From NCBI GenBank assembly GCA_048213135.1, contig PS015010.1:1550001-1614000 (forward strand): DNA of 64,000 nucleotides. Direction: 5' to 3'. The stretch is from Reclinomonas americana ATCC 50394. Taxonomy: Eukaryota. Made by a program: the position numbers and the translations under genes. Numbering within the stretch: position 1 is the first letter of the stretch; the number at the start of each line of letters is the position of its first letter. Positions 1 through 10,042 of the stretch are shown piece after piece. The notes under the pieces are model-generated. The model did no database searches. It saw only the letters and a list, made by a program, of their open reading frames with translations, and was not told the DNA's origin.

Positions 1-200
1 AGCAGGACAACAGATACGCCGCTTAACATCACAGCCACCAGGGCAAGTGGTGTAAAAAGACAGGCCTGCGTGGTGAGGCTGATGCCCGTCCACATGATCC
101 TGTTCTTTTCCTGGGCATCGCACCATTTAAAAAAACCAGCGAATAGGTTTACAGAAGGTTTATAACCTGTATGTGCTGAAATAACTGTTGAGGTTGCCAT
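1..200 (-). CDS. Hypothetical membrane protein, N-terminal part (runs off window)
   Basis: Not in the ORF track. Manual translation from ATG at 200: MATSTVISAHTGYKPSVNLFAGFFKWCDAQEKNRIMWTGISLTTQACLFTPLALVAVMLSGVSVVL..., open to the window edge with a hydrophobic segment. Confidence 0.65.
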   Translation of the reverse strand, partial: MATSTVISAHTGYKPSVNLFAGFFKWCDAQEKNRIMWTGISLTTQACLFTPLALVAVMLSGVSVVL

Positions 201-307
201 ATTGTTTGTTTTTAATACAGCAAAATTCGGCAGTCCGGCAGGTATTCGGAATGACCGGCAGCAGTCCGGACAATGATCCTGATCAGGCATCAGTCTTACC
301 AGCGGCA

Positions 308-1783
308 TTATATCAGCGCCAGTGACGAGGTGTATTCATTCCCAAACCTGTCGGTGGCCTTTATGGTTACTTCCTTTGCCCCGGCTGCAGGCACAGCAGC
401 AAACAGGTGTTCAGTAAGATTGGGTTCCACCCATTTATGCTTTAAAGGGATAGCCGGGCCTTTGTATAATTGTACGGCGGTAGTATCGTAATCGAGTATC
501 TGTTCCATTTTTCCTTTGGCTACGCCATCTTCCAGCCATTCGATCTTCCATTTACCATCCCAGTTCCATACGTTCGCAACAACCGCGTCGGGCCGGTTCT
601 CCAGGCTGCCTTTTTTGTAAACTACCAGTTGGTGATTTTTATCAAACCCGACAGATTTGTAATACCACTTGATGTTATCTCCATCTACCTCGTACACACC
701 ATACCCGTTGGGTGTGCCATCACCACAAACAGGTCCGCTCCACCAGGCGCCGCAAACCGTACCATGATTATGTTCCATGATATTGTCCTTTTCCCAGTTC
801 TCGTTAAAATGGGTATGTCCGCTCATGATGTGCACTTTGTAATTTTTCAGCAAAGCATATAAGGCACCCCTGTTGCTGGTTACCCCCCCCAGTTCCTCTT
901 CTTTCGCTTTCTTCCTGCGCTTTTCACCATTGTCGGTAGGAATATGCAGCGATACAACTACCGTACTTCCTGCCGGTACATACTGCAGGTCTTTTTCCAG
1001 CCAGCTCAGCTGGGTTTCGGTGAGGTAACCGATATAACGGTGGCCTGCACCGATGAAAAACACGTTATCCAGTACCACGTAATGGACTTTCCCCCTGTTA
1101 AAGGAATACCAGGTAGGACCGAAATGTGTTTTGTAGGTTGCCTGTGAACCTTCATCCGTTCTTGCCGTGTAATCCATATCGTGGTTACCGATCACCTGGA
1201 AGAAAGGAACGCCTGTTGTATTTACCGCTTCTTTGTAATCAGCGAATAATTCGAAATGATCGAATACCAGGTCACCGCAACCGATACCATGTACCGGCAC
1301 ATTACCCAGTGACGCAGCCAGGGCTTTTGTATCAGGCGCTGAGATAGTTTTGAGCAACTCAGCATCTTCCTTACTTTGTATCTGCGTATCGCCCCATACA
1401 ATGAAAGCATGTTTATCGTCTCCACCTTCCAGTTTGTTCAATGCAAAATCGATCTTCTGGCCTTTCGCATCTTTATCGATCTTTGTATAAAACCCGGCGA
1501 TGCCCTTATCATTGGGAATAGCGTATCCCGCAGGCAAAGAAACAAAGACGAATTCCGCATTGTAATGAGCGGCAAAACTATAGTTCCCTTTCCCGTCTGT
1601 TCTTACCACATTGTAACCGTCGCTTACCACAACGTTACTTAGTGCTTTACCATCACCTGTTACCTTGCCCTGTATAGCGACAGCATCAAAACCCCGGCTG
1701 TTACCCGCGAAAATATCAGAAGCGGGAACGGCTACAGCAGCGGAGAAAAGACCGATGCTTTTTAAAAAATTTCTTCTTTGCAT
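308..1783 (-). CDS. Calcineurin-like metallophosphoesterase, Tat-exported
   Basis: Tat motif QRRNFLK; metallophosphoesterase motifs GDTQ, GDLVFD, GNHD, SLH, GHTH; C-terminal CGAWW..DGTPNGY segment. Confidence 0.9.
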   Translation of the reverse strand: MQRRNFLKSIGLFSAAVAVPASDIFAGNSRGFDAVAIQGKVTGDGKALSNVVVSDGYNVVRTDGKGNYSFAAHYNAEFVFVSLPAGYAIPNDKGIAGFYTKIDKDAKGQKIDFALNKLEGGDDKHAFIVWGDTQIQSKEDAELLKTISAPDTKALAASLGNVPVHGIGCGDLVFDHFELFADYKEAVNTTGVPFFQVIGNHDMDYTARTDEGSQATYKTHFGPTWYSFNRGKVHYVVLDNVFFIGAGHRYIGYLTETQLSWLEKDLQYVPAGSTVVVSLHIPTDNGEKRRKKAKEEELGGVTSNRGALYALLKNYKVHIMSGHTHFNENWEKDNIMEHNHGTVCGAWWSGPVCGDGTPNGYGVYEVDGDNIKWYYKSVGFDKNHQLVVYKKGSLENRPDAVVANVWNWDGKWKIEWLEDGVAKGKMEQILDYDTTAVQLYKGPAIPLKHKWVEPNLTEHLFAAVPAAGAKEVTIKATDRFGNEYTSSLALI

Positions 1784-1802
1784 ATGATTGATGATTGGTT
1801 GA

Positions 1803-1851
1803 CCTGCCTGCCCGGCATTAAACGTGAAGCTAATACAGGCAGGGCTTTTTT
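1803..1851. terminator. Stem-loop between susD and the phosphoesterase gene
   Basis: cctgcctg ... caggcagg inverted repeat followed by a T run on + strand. Confidence 0.35.
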
Positions 1852-1895
1852 ATTATTTTCCGGTATTATTTTTTTGTGTCTTCATTGAAATGAGA

Positions 1896-3344
1896 TCAAC
1901 GCTCCCACCACACTTTGGCATTGATATCATCGTTTCCGCCCATCCAGCCCACCGCCTCCTGGTAATGCACCGGGTTATTGGTACGTACAGGTAAAGGATA
2001 TTCGAAACGAACCGGCATACGCTGGTTATTCATCATGCCAGCAGCCACGGGCAATACCGGCAATTGTGTACGACGGTATTCGAACCATTGCTGGAAGTCC
2101 ACAAAATACAACGCATAATATTTCTGCAGCATGATGCGATCGAATGTACCAATATAGGCCGACTTGGGATTGGTAAAGTAATCCGCAGGCACGGTCAGTC
2201 CCCATTGCTCTATCGCAGCTTTACATCCTTTTTCATATGCAGCTTTGGCCGCAGTGGCATTGCCGTCATGAAACTCCAGTTCCGCCTTAATAAATTCCAC
2301 TTCCGCATAAGGTAGAATAGGACAGATCATTGGTCCTGTAACCAATGCCTGCAGACCGTTGGAAGGAATATAATTAAATTGAGATTCACTTCCCGCATAG
2401 CCGCTGGGGATACCCATGTAGCCAATGTTGGTAGTACCTGCCGCGTTTTTGGCCTGCGATGCAAACTTGGGTCGGCGCGGGTCGTTGAGTGAATTCAAAC
2501 TGTCCAGGAAAAATTTCCCCATGGCACGGAAGGTGGTAAAATCAACCGGCCTGCCCCAGGGAGATACCAGCGGCGTAATACCTGAAAGATTCAGTACAGC
2601 GGCTTCCGTATTGGCCGTGAAGATCGGATAGGTCACGGGGTCGTCTACCATTGTCCGCAGTTTGGCATACACGTTCAGGCTTGTTTTCTTTGACAGGCGC
2701 AGCAATAAACGCAGGCGCAGTGAATTGCAGAACTTTTTCCACTTGGTTACATTGTTGGCAAATAAGATATCCGTTCCATAGATCATCGTCTTGGAGGTAT
2801 TGAACAGTTTATTCGCCGAATCAAGATCGTTCAGGAGTTTGGGATAGATGTATTCCTGTTTATCGAATTTGGGTTGAAATATCTTCTCATCACCTCTTCC
2901 GGCTTCATCCATCGGCACATCGCCGAAACAGTCGGTGAGGTTGGAGTAGATCCATGCGTTAAGGGTCATAGCAATGGCCTGGTAATTCACATCCTGCGCT
3001 TTTACAGAGGCCGCGTACATTTCTTTCACATTGGTGATCCAGCGGTAAGAAGTGTTCCAGGTACCGTTGCCGATGTTATCCGACATGTCGTAACGATGCA
3101 CGCCGCCCGACACACTGGGAAAAGGCAGCATCACCTGCATCAGGTTGAAGGTAATATCATCGGCACGTTTCATGTTATTGCTGGCCATTTCAAAGATGAT
3201 CGGGTTCAGCAGGGTACCCGGGCTGATCTGGTCTATCCTGTTGGGATCAACATTGGTTTCCTCAAAATCCTTGGTACACGACATCACGCAGCAACTGAGC
3301 AGTATGATGAAAGCATTTATCTTTTTTGACCTGTTCATGATCAT
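1896..3344 (-). CDS. SusD/RagB family nutrient-binding outer-membrane lipoprotein
   Basis: Lipobox VMSC followed by TKDFEETNVDPN; LTDCFGDVP, KWKKFCNSLRLR and WFEYRRT motifs; directly downstream of susC. Start placed at MIMNRSKK (track ORF starts at 3392). Confidence 0.92.
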   Translation of the reverse strand: MIMNRSKKINAFIILLSCCVMSCTKDFEETNVDPNRIDQISPGTLLNPIIFEMASNNMKRADDITFNLMQVMLPFPSVSGGVHRYDMSDNIGNGTWNTSYRWITNVKEMYAASVKAQDVNYQAIAMTLNAWIYSNLTDCFGDVPMDEAGRGDEKIFQPKFDKQEYIYPKLLNDLDSANKLFNTSKTMIYGTDILFANNVTKWKKFCNSLRLRLLLRLSKKTSLNVYAKLRTMVDDPVTYPIFTANTEAAVLNLSGITPLVSPWGRPVDFTTFRAMGKFFLDSLNSLNDPRRPKFASQAKNAAGTTNIGYMGIPSGYAGSESQFNYIPSNGLQALVTGPMICPILPYAEVEFIKAELEFHDGNATAAKAAYEKGCKAAIEQWGLTVPADYFTNPKSAYIGTFDRIMLQKYYALYFVDFQQWFEYRRTQLPVLPVAAGMMNNQRMPVRFEYPLPVRTNNPVHYQEAVGWMGGNDDINAKVWWER

Positions 3345-3391
3345 ATGATTGGTATTTGAATGAATAATGGTTGGTGTTCTTTTTAAGTGCA

Positions 3392-6300
3392 TCAGAATTT
3401 CAGTGTGATATTTACGCCCATGGTGCGGGTTGAAGGCAACTGCCCCATTTCCACGCCGGGTAAAAGTGTGTTGCCGTTCAGCGCTGCTGTTTCCGGGTCG
3501 AATATGGGGAAACTGGTCAGCATCAGCAGGTCACGGCCGTATACGGCAAACACTGCTTGTTTAATGAATGTGCGGGACAGCATTTTTTTAGACAGCGTAT
3601 ATTCCAGCCTGGCCTCTCTCAGTTTCAGGTAGGAAGCGTCGAAAGAATTGGCTTCCACATTGGCCCTGCGGTAATATTCGGTGTAATAGTCCACCGGCAG
3701 TACTTTTTTAGTGTTGGCGCTATAATGACCACTGGCATCCATAACTACACCATCGCCGATGATGTAATTCTCTTCACGACCACGGAGCGTATGTTCCAGC
3801 TTACCCTGCTCGGTCATTTTATGATGGGTTTGCGAATAAATGATGCCGCCATACTGCCCATCAACCAGGAAACTGAAGCGGAAATTTTTATAGGTGAATT
3901 CATTCTGGATACCACCTTTCCAATCAGCGAAAGCACAGCCGATATATTGAATATCCGCAGGGCGTTCAGGCAGTCCGTCAGCCGTGTAAACGATCTTTCC
4001 TTCCGGTGAACGGACAAATCCAAAACCATAGATATCGCCGGTGGTACCTCCTACCCTCGCCTGGATGGTAGCATTACCGCCATAACCGATATCCTGTTTG
4101 CCGATACCACCGAATTCCTCAGCCAGGTGCAATACTTTATTCTGATTTTTAGACCAGTTGATGGTCGTATTCCATTTGAAATTTTTACGGATGATGGGTT
4201 TCGCCGTGATCACCAGTTCAACACCGCGGTTTCTCACTTTGCCGGAGTTGATGATAGCACTGGTATAACCTGTGGTAGGGTCAAGCGGAACCGGTACGAT
4301 CTGGTTACGGGTCGTATTGTTGTAGAATGTAGCGTCGATGCCGATTCGGTTCTTCAGGAAACGGATATCAAGACCTGCTTCATAGTTGGTAGAGATCTCA
4401 GGTTTCAATGTAGCGTTATACAATACCTGGTTCACGGAACCCGAACTCGCAAACTCGCTGGTACCGTAATATTTTTGTGTTTGATAAGGATCTGTGTCAT
4501 TACCACCATCTGCAACCGACATCCTCAGCTTGGCATAAGAGATCAGTTTCGGCAATTTGAATATATCGCTCAAAATAAAACTGGTGTTCACCGAGGGATA
4601 AAAGAAAGACCAGCTGGCAGCGGGCAATGTGCTCGACCAGTCGTTCCTGGCTGTTACATCAATAAAGTACTTATTCTTATAACTCAGCGCAGCCATTCCG
4701 TATACGCTGTTTACTTTATAATTCTTATCATAAGTTTTTACCATAGCACTGGCCTGCCCGTTGGTAAGTTTGTACACACCCGGGATAACGAGTCCGTCTA
4801 CATAACTGTCTACACGGTTGTATTTATGCGTCATACTGTTGGCGCCCACTGATGCGTTAACAGCAAAATTTTTTCCGAGTTTATCATGATAGGTGAACAG
4901 GAAATCAGAGTTGACTTCATAGTCGGTAATCCCCTGTTCTTTATAATATCCTTTCAAAAAATTAGCAGTGCTAAAAGGCCTGCGCTGGCGGCGGTCTTCG
5001 TCCATCATATTAATACCAGAGCGGAACAGGATATCAAACTTTTTGGATATTTCATAAGTAGCCGACAAACTGCCTACTACCATATTACTGTTTACCGCGT
5101 TGGTCATTTCATAAGCGATGAGGTAAGGGTTGTCGATGAAAGAACTGAACGGATGCACCTGGTCTACCTGTTCGAATCCTTTCTTCCATTTGTCTTTGTA
5201 CCAGGCCAGGTCCACGTTCGGGTTCTGGAAGATCATGAAGTACGCGATGGACTGGTTGTTGTAACCCGTAGCGGGCAGGTTATCGCTTTGCTTATTGGTA
5301 TAATTGACCTTGGTGGAAATTTTTAACCGGTCCGATATTTTAAAACTGAGGCTGGTTTGTGCCGATATCCTTTCATAACCCGTGTTGGGCATGATCCACT
5401 CATTTTTGGAATGCGTAACAGAGAGACGGGCAGTTCCCCTGTCGTTACCGCCTTCCAGTGCTACGCTGTTGGTGATGGTGTAACCTGTTCTCCAGAAACC
5501 CTTGATGTTGTCTTTGTAAGGACGCCACAAAGTACGGTCGTCGCCACGCCCCTGTTTTTCAGGATCGTACTGGTAATACATTTGCCCGTTGAACCTCGGA
5601 CCATAGGCGCTGCTGGTGCCACTGGTGCTGGCACCGTCAACAGTTGCTCCATAGGAATAATATTTTTCTCCGGCTGTATTCACTGCTTTGCCGGTACCCT
5701 GGCCGTATTCATACTGGTAGTCGGGCCATTTAAGAACGGTGTTGAAACTGATATTAGAGTTGATCGTTACACCAATGCCTTTGTCTTTCCTGCTGCCTGA
5801 CTTGGTAGTGATGAGCACGGCTCCATTGCCCGCTCGACTGCCATACAGGGCGGTAGCACCGGGCCCTTTCAGCACTGTGATGCTTTCAATGTCATCGGGG
5901 TTGATGTCGGAGATACCGTTACCAAAATCAATCGGCACATCGTTACCGGAACCTGCGCCATAGGCATTATCCACCCCCGACGTGGTCATATTCCTGTTGC
6001 TCATGGGTACACCATCCACCACAATCAGTGCATTGTTATTATTGGGATTAAGAGAGATATCGCCGCGTAAGGTTATCCTGGTAGAGTTAACAGGTCCGGA
6101 ACCTGCCGACAATAATTGCAGACCGGCGATCTTGCCCGAGAGGGCGCTGGACCAGTTGTTGGACCTGGCATCATTCAGGTCATCCGCTTCTACTTTCTGT
6201 GCGGAATAGCCCAATGCTTTTTGCTGGCGGGTTATGCCCAGCGCTGTTGTAACAACGACTTCGCTTAACTGGGCAAAACTGTTCTTCATCTTGACAAGAA

Positions 6301-6679
6301 CGGAGTTGTTCTTACCGGCCACAACCGTCACATTTTTTACAATGTGATCCTGGTAGCCCGTGGAAGAAACAAAAAAATCATACGCAACGCCGGCAGTAAG
6401 GTTATCGAACGTAAAGATCCCTTTCGCGTTGGTCATTGTGGTAAACACTTCCGCGGAGTTGTTCTTTTTAGCCTGTACCGTTACACCGGCCAAGGGTTCT
6501 TCTTTTTCCGTAAGTACCGTACCGGTAACATGTACTGCATTTTGCTGTGCGTGCAACGTAATGCAAAAAAGAGAAAGTAATAAGAGCCATGCACAGAAGT
6601 ACAGGCCTGGTTTTGGTCTCAGAAGCAGTCTGGTAACATTCATATTGTTTGGTTTTGTGGCGCAATACATTGCCAGCAC
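3392..6679 (-). CDS. SusC/RagA TonB-dependent outer-membrane transporter
   Basis: EVVVTTALG TonB box/plug start, DINPDDIESITVLKGPGATALYGSRAGNGAVLITTK, LKPE motif, C-terminal Phe. Confidence 0.96.
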   Translation of the reverse strand: MLAMYCATKPNNMNVTRLLLRPKPGLYFCAWLLLLSLFCITLHAQQNAVHVTGTVLTEKEEPLAGVTVQAKKNNSAEVFTTMTNAKGIFTFDNLTAGVAYDFFVSSTGYQDHIVKNVTVVAGKNNSVLVKMKNSFAQLSEVVVTTALGITRQQKALGYSAQKVEADDLNDARSNNWSSALSGKIAGLQLLSAGSGPVNSTRITLRGDISLNPNNNNALIVVDGVPMSNRNMTTSGVDNAYGAGSGNDVPIDFGNGISDINPDDIESITVLKGPGATALYGSRAGNGAVLITTKSGSRKDKGIGVTINSNISFNTVLKWPDYQYEYGQGTGKAVNTAGEKYYSYGATVDGASTSGTSSAYGPRFNGQMYYQYDPEKQGRGDDRTLWRPYKDNIKGFWRTGYTITNSVALEGGNDRGTARLSVTHSKNEWIMPNTGYERISAQTSLSFKISDRLKISTKVNYTNKQSDNLPATGYNNQSIAYFMIFQNPNVDLAWYKDKWKKGFEQVDQVHPFSSFIDNPYLIAYEMTNAVNSNMVVGSLSATYEISKKFDILFRSGINMMDEDRRQRRPFSTANFLKGYYKEQGITDYEVNSDFLFTYHDKLGKNFAVNASVGANSMTHKYNRVDSYVDGLVIPGVYKLTNGQASAMVKTYDKNYKVNSVYGMAALSYKNKYFIDVTARNDWSSTLPAASWSFFYPSVNTSFILSDIFKLPKLISYAKLRMSVADGGNDTDPYQTQKYYGTSEFASSGSVNQVLYNATLKPEISTNYEAGLDIRFLKNRIGIDATFYNNTTRNQIVPVPLDPTTGYTSAIINSGKVRNRGVELVITAKPIIRKNFKWNTTINWSKNQNKVLHLAEEFGGIGKQDIGYGGNATIQARVGGTTGDIYGFGFVRSPEGKIVYTADGLPERPADIQYIGCAFADWKGGIQNEFTYKNFRFSFLVDGQYGGIIYSQTHHKMTEQGKLEHTLRGREENYIIGDGVVMDASGHYSANTKKVLPVDYYTEYYRRANVEANSFDASYLKLREARLEYTLSKKMLSRTFIKQAVFAVYGRDLLMLTSFPIFDPETAALNGNTLLPGVEMGQLPSTRTMGVNITLKF

Positions 6680-6726
6680 GGCGGTGAAGCCATGTCGGAC
6701 AGTGAGCCGCGTTTATTTATGGTTGC

Positions 6727-7773
6727 TTAGTTTTTCTGTATATAGTATTTTCCGTTCCGTTCGCTGATGTGAAGCCCATTCATCTGTGCAATGACTTCCA
6801 ATACTTTCTCCAGCGAACCCGATGAAGCAATGGACCCGGTAAAATACATACCTGTTATATCCTGTTGATTGTATATGATCTCTTTCCTGTATTTATGTTC
6901 CAGCACATCAAAAACCTTTTCCAGCTTTGTATTGGTAAAATTCACATCAGCATTACTGCTCAATATATTGCCGTGCTGCTCTGTTACTCTTTTGTATTGT
7001 TTTACTTCAACCGTTCTTTCCACAGCATCATAAGTAAATACATCGCCGGGCAATAGTATTTTCTCCTGCCATTGTGCTGCACCCTTCCCGGCAGAGTTGA
7101 TGGCTACTTTACCTTCGTACAGTTCAACAACAACGCTGCCTTTATCCTGCCCGTTGACCAGGAATTTTGTACCCAGTGCTGTTGTAGCGACATCCCTGTT
7201 ATAAACCGTGAAAGGGCGCTGCTTATCTTTTGCCACGCTGAACATGGCTTTCCCTTCCAGGAAGATATTCCTGCGGTCTTTTTCAAAGCGAGCTGGATAA
7301 CGCAAACCGGAGTTGGGATAAAGAACGACCTCAGTACTATCTTCCAGTAACACACTCTTTTGTTTGGCTTCATTATTCGTTACATACGACCAATAGGCTT
7401 CCTGATTGGGCCCAATTACTTCCTGTTTATTGGATTGTGCAACAATAGTATCCGTTTTCTTTTTTTGAAACACCCATACCGTAGTAAGAACCAGTACCAG
7501 CATAGCCGCGGCCACCGCCATCTTCCTGCTGATAAAACTACGCAGGCGATTATCCCTGCGTACCTGCCCACCTGTAGCGGATGATAGTCTTACCCAGAGT
7601 TCGCGGGTTTCTGCTTCGGGCATTACCGGGTTGCTCTTGTCATTCCATACCTGCAACAGCAATTCGTCCAGTTCTTCTTTAGAACAGGTCTGCAGCCATT
7701 TTTCCACTTCCAATTTTCCTTCGGGTGTACATTCCCTGTTGATATATTGCTGAAATAACGCTTGTGTCATCAT
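6727..7773 (-). CDS. FecR family anti-sigma factor
   Basis: Single TM helix; LEDSTEVVLYPNSGLRYP, LEGKAMFSV, PFTV, ALGTKF motifs; C-terminal F.N..L..V...LE..Y domain. Confidence 0.92.
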   Translation of the reverse strand: MMTQALFQQYINRECTPEGKLEVEKWLQTCSKEELDELLLQVWNDKSNPVMPEAETRELWVRLSSATGGQVRRDNRLRSFISRKMAVAAAMLVLVLTTVWVFQKKKTDTIVAQSNKQEVIGPNQEAYWSYVTNNEAKQKSVLLEDSTEVVLYPNSGLRYPARFEKDRRNIFLEGKAMFSVAKDKQRPFTVYNRDVATTALGTKFLVNGQDKGSVVVELYEGKVAINSAGKGAAQWQEKILLPGDVFTYDAVERTVEVKQYKRVTEQHGNILSSNADVNFTNTKLEKVFDVLEHKYRKEIIYNQQDITGMYFTGSIASSGSLEKVLEVIAQMNGLHISERNGKYYIQKN

Positions 7774-7985
7774 GCCTGGTTTAATATCCTTGCTATTACT
7801 TCACGTATGGCGGCAGTAAAAACTTCTACCCATAATCTTCAATTAATGATTTGGTAACAAAGAGTGTTTTCCTTTGCCGCACAGAATTAAAACAAAGCCG
7901 TAAGAAGAACCGACTGTGCTTTTCCCGCGACTGCTTGCCAGGAAAGAATTTCAATATATATCCAGGTAACAACCATTTCATTTTT

Positions 7986-8531
7986 ATGCCACACACCGAC
8001 ACCAAAGCACTCCTGTTTGAAAAGATATTTTTCAGCACGAAGGACAGGGTATTCGGTTTTATTAAAAAAATGTTGCGGGATGATGCCGCTGTGCAGGACT
8101 GCATGCAGCAGTCCTACCTGAAGCTGTGGGAAACGCTCGACATCATCGATACCACCCAGGATGTATTACCGCTTTTGTATACTTACTCCCGTAATATCAC
8201 TATCGACCACCTGCGAAAAAATACCCGTTTTGTGTGGATGGACGACCTCGCCCCTTTCTCCGAATTGCTCACCGAAGAATGCAGCGCCCAGGCCCACCTG
8301 CAGCAGAAAGACGCCATCGCCGAACTGGAAATCCTACTGAATGATATGCCCCCGCGCCGCAAGCAGGTATTCAAACTCATCAAACTGAATGGCTTTTCTT
8401 ACCGTGAAGCCGCCCAGCAACTCAACATCAGTGTAAGTACCGTTGAAAAGCATATGAATGAAGCCTATAAAATGTTCTCCCGGGAAAGCGTGCTGAAGTT
8501 GTGGATATGCTGGATGATGCTGAAGGGGTGA
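7986..8531 (+). CDS. ECF RNA polymerase sigma-70 factor
   Basis: Region 2 (AVQDCMQQSYLKLWE..RNITIDHLR) and region 4 (MPPRRKQVFKL..GFSYREAAQQLNISVSTVEKH); divergent from fecR. Start placed at ATG 7986 (track ORF starts at 7851). Confidence 0.9.
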   Translation: MPHTDTKALLFEKIFFSTKDRVFGFIKKMLRDDAAVQDCMQQSYLKLWETLDIIDTTQDVLPLLYTYSRNITIDHLRKNTRFVWMDDLAPFSELLTEECSAQAHLQQKDAIAELEILLNDMPPRRKQVFKLIKLNGFSYREAAQQLNISVSTVEKHMNEAYKMFSRESVLKLWICWMMLKG

Positions 8532-8704
8532 ACGAGCACCTTCACAAGCTTCTTTCTTTTGCATTATAAAAAACACTCCTATATGAGGCTTTACCCCGGG
8601 TATTTTCACCTCTCCTAATCCCATTTTATTGCAGATTATACCGTAATTTAGAAGAACCAAGTTCTTTGATAATTAGTGCTGCCGGGCATTCCATCCAATT
8701 GATC

Positions 8705-8768
8705 ATTATCCCTTCGGAATGATAATGCCGGGACGGAACTACAAAGCGGATAACAGCTACAGGTATGG
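8705..8768. repeat. Inverted repeat arm 1 (pairs with 11440-11503)
   Basis: 61/64 identity by manual alignment; 32 bp perfect match (8737-8768 vs 11440-11471). Confidence 0.9.
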
Positions 8769-9717
8769 GTTTAACGGGAAGGAGAATGACAATGAGGTAA
8801 AAGGAGAAGGCAATCAGCAGGATTATGGAATGAGGATTTATGATCCGAGGTTAGGGAAGTTTTTGAGTGTGGATCCAATCACAAATAAATATCCCGAGTT
8901 AACACCGTATCAGTTTGCTAGCAACACACCAATACAGGCTGTTGACATTGATGGAAAGGAAGCATTTTTTATTAATGTACAAGGAGAGTTTCAAGCAATA
9001 TTTGTAGGTGGAGAAGTAACCGCAGGCATTGCATTTGATAAAACAGGTTTCGCATTTTATGGAGGAATCGGTGGTAAAGTTGGTATTGGACTTTCCGCTA
9101 CTGCTACTATAAACGGTGGAGTGTTTCCTACAATGCCAGGGATTGAAAATATGAAAGGAGAAGGTGTTGCAACAAATTATTCAGGAGGCTTGATTTTGGA
9201 TGGTGGGGTTTCATATATAAAATCCGGAGATTATTCAGGAATATCATACGGCGCCGGAATTGGCGCTGGAGCACAGATAACTGAATCTGTCAATTATACT
9301 TGGATGTCAAGTAAATATGAGTGGGGCAACATATTAAAACTTCGTCCAGGAAAAGATGAAGTTAATCCTTTCCCAGTTCCAATAGTTGGGTTACTTACAA
9401 ATAGAACAGGTACTAAAACTGCAGAAGATGCTGCAAGAAGGCTTATTCTTTCTGCAAAACCACTTTTATTTAATTATATCAAAACCAGAAAAAATGAAAT
9501 AGATAATACTATTACGAATAATCTCAAAATTATATCATCTTTAAATCAGAAAATTGAAGAGTATGATAAGAAAAAAGAACCATCAACGATGGACAAAATA
9601 GCCCGGTATGCACTATTCATCGGAACTAAAGCGAAAGAAGCAGAAAATGAAGAATTAAAAAAGGAAAAAGATAATCTTGATATTTTGCAATCAAAAATTA
9701 AAGAAATACCCAAATAA
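8719..9717 (+). CDS. Orphan RHS core end plus Gly-rich C-terminal toxin domain (module D, inverted)
   Basis: Begins at (DHYPFG)MIMPGR; YRYGFNGKE..DYGMRIYDPRLGKFLSVDP..YPELTPYQFASNTPIQAVDIDG core and cleavage motif, followed by an AT-rich variable tip. Confidence 0.88.
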   Translation: MIMPGRNYKADNSYRYGFNGKENDNEVKGEGNQQDYGMRIYDPRLGKFLSVDPITNKYPELTPYQFASNTPIQAVDIDGKEAFFINVQGEFQAIFVGGEVTAGIAFDKTGFAFYGGIGGKVGIGLSATATINGGVFPTMPGIENMKGEGVATNYSGGLILDGGVSYIKSGDYSGISYGAGIGAGAQITESVNYTWMSSKYEWGNILKLRPGKDEVNPFPVPIVGLLTNRTGTKTAEDAARRLILSAKPLLFNYIKTRKNEIDNTITNNLKIISSLNQKIEEYDKKKEPSTMDKIARYALFIGTKAKEAENEELKKEKDNLDILQSKIKEIPK

Positions 9718-9726
9718 TTAGGAGCT

Positions 9727-9951
9727 ATGCTAATATTTATTTTTTTTTCACTAGGCATTATTTGTATTTTCTTTTGCAAGTACCAAATACACTTAATAAT
9801 GAAAAAATATGCAAATAAAAAAAATTACTTTTCTCTTAATTGGAGAGAGTTTGAGAAAGAAGACATTGATCAAATAAATACTTGGAGGATAATCGCAATT
9901 GTTGCCCCTATATTCTTTACAATAGTATGTTTTGTTCTTACCTTGCTATAA
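9727..9951 (+). CDS. Small two-TM protein, candidate immunity protein for module D
   Basis: 9 bp after the toxin stop; hydrophobic N- and C-terminal helices; AT-rich. Confidence 0.65.
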   Translation: MLIFIFFSLGIICIFFCKYQIHLIMKKYANKKNYFSLNWREFEKEDIDQINTWRIIAIVAPIFFTIVCFVLTLL

Positions 9952-9981
9952 CGTAGCCTTATTGACACTGATATTAACTAC

Positions 9982-10025
9982 GTCATTTTTCTTTGTTTGC
10001 ATAAATGCAAACAAAGAAAAATGAC
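9982..10025. terminator. Perfect 21-bp-arm inverted repeat between convergent immunity genes (probable bidirectional terminator)
   Basis: gtcatttttctttgtttgcat-aa-atgcaaacaaagaaaaatgac. Confidence 0.6.
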
Positions 10026-10042
10026 ACGCTTAAAGCAATGAC

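Noticed and set aside
226-272. gcagtccgg direct repeat upstream of the first gene as a regulator site
   Set aside because: Only two 9-bp copies and no cognate regulator visible; insufficient support
8540-8700. Possible decayed minus-strand RHS core remnant (ggatggaatgcccggc resembling GMEMPG)
   Set aside because: Match is too short and needs a frameshift; cannot be supported by eye
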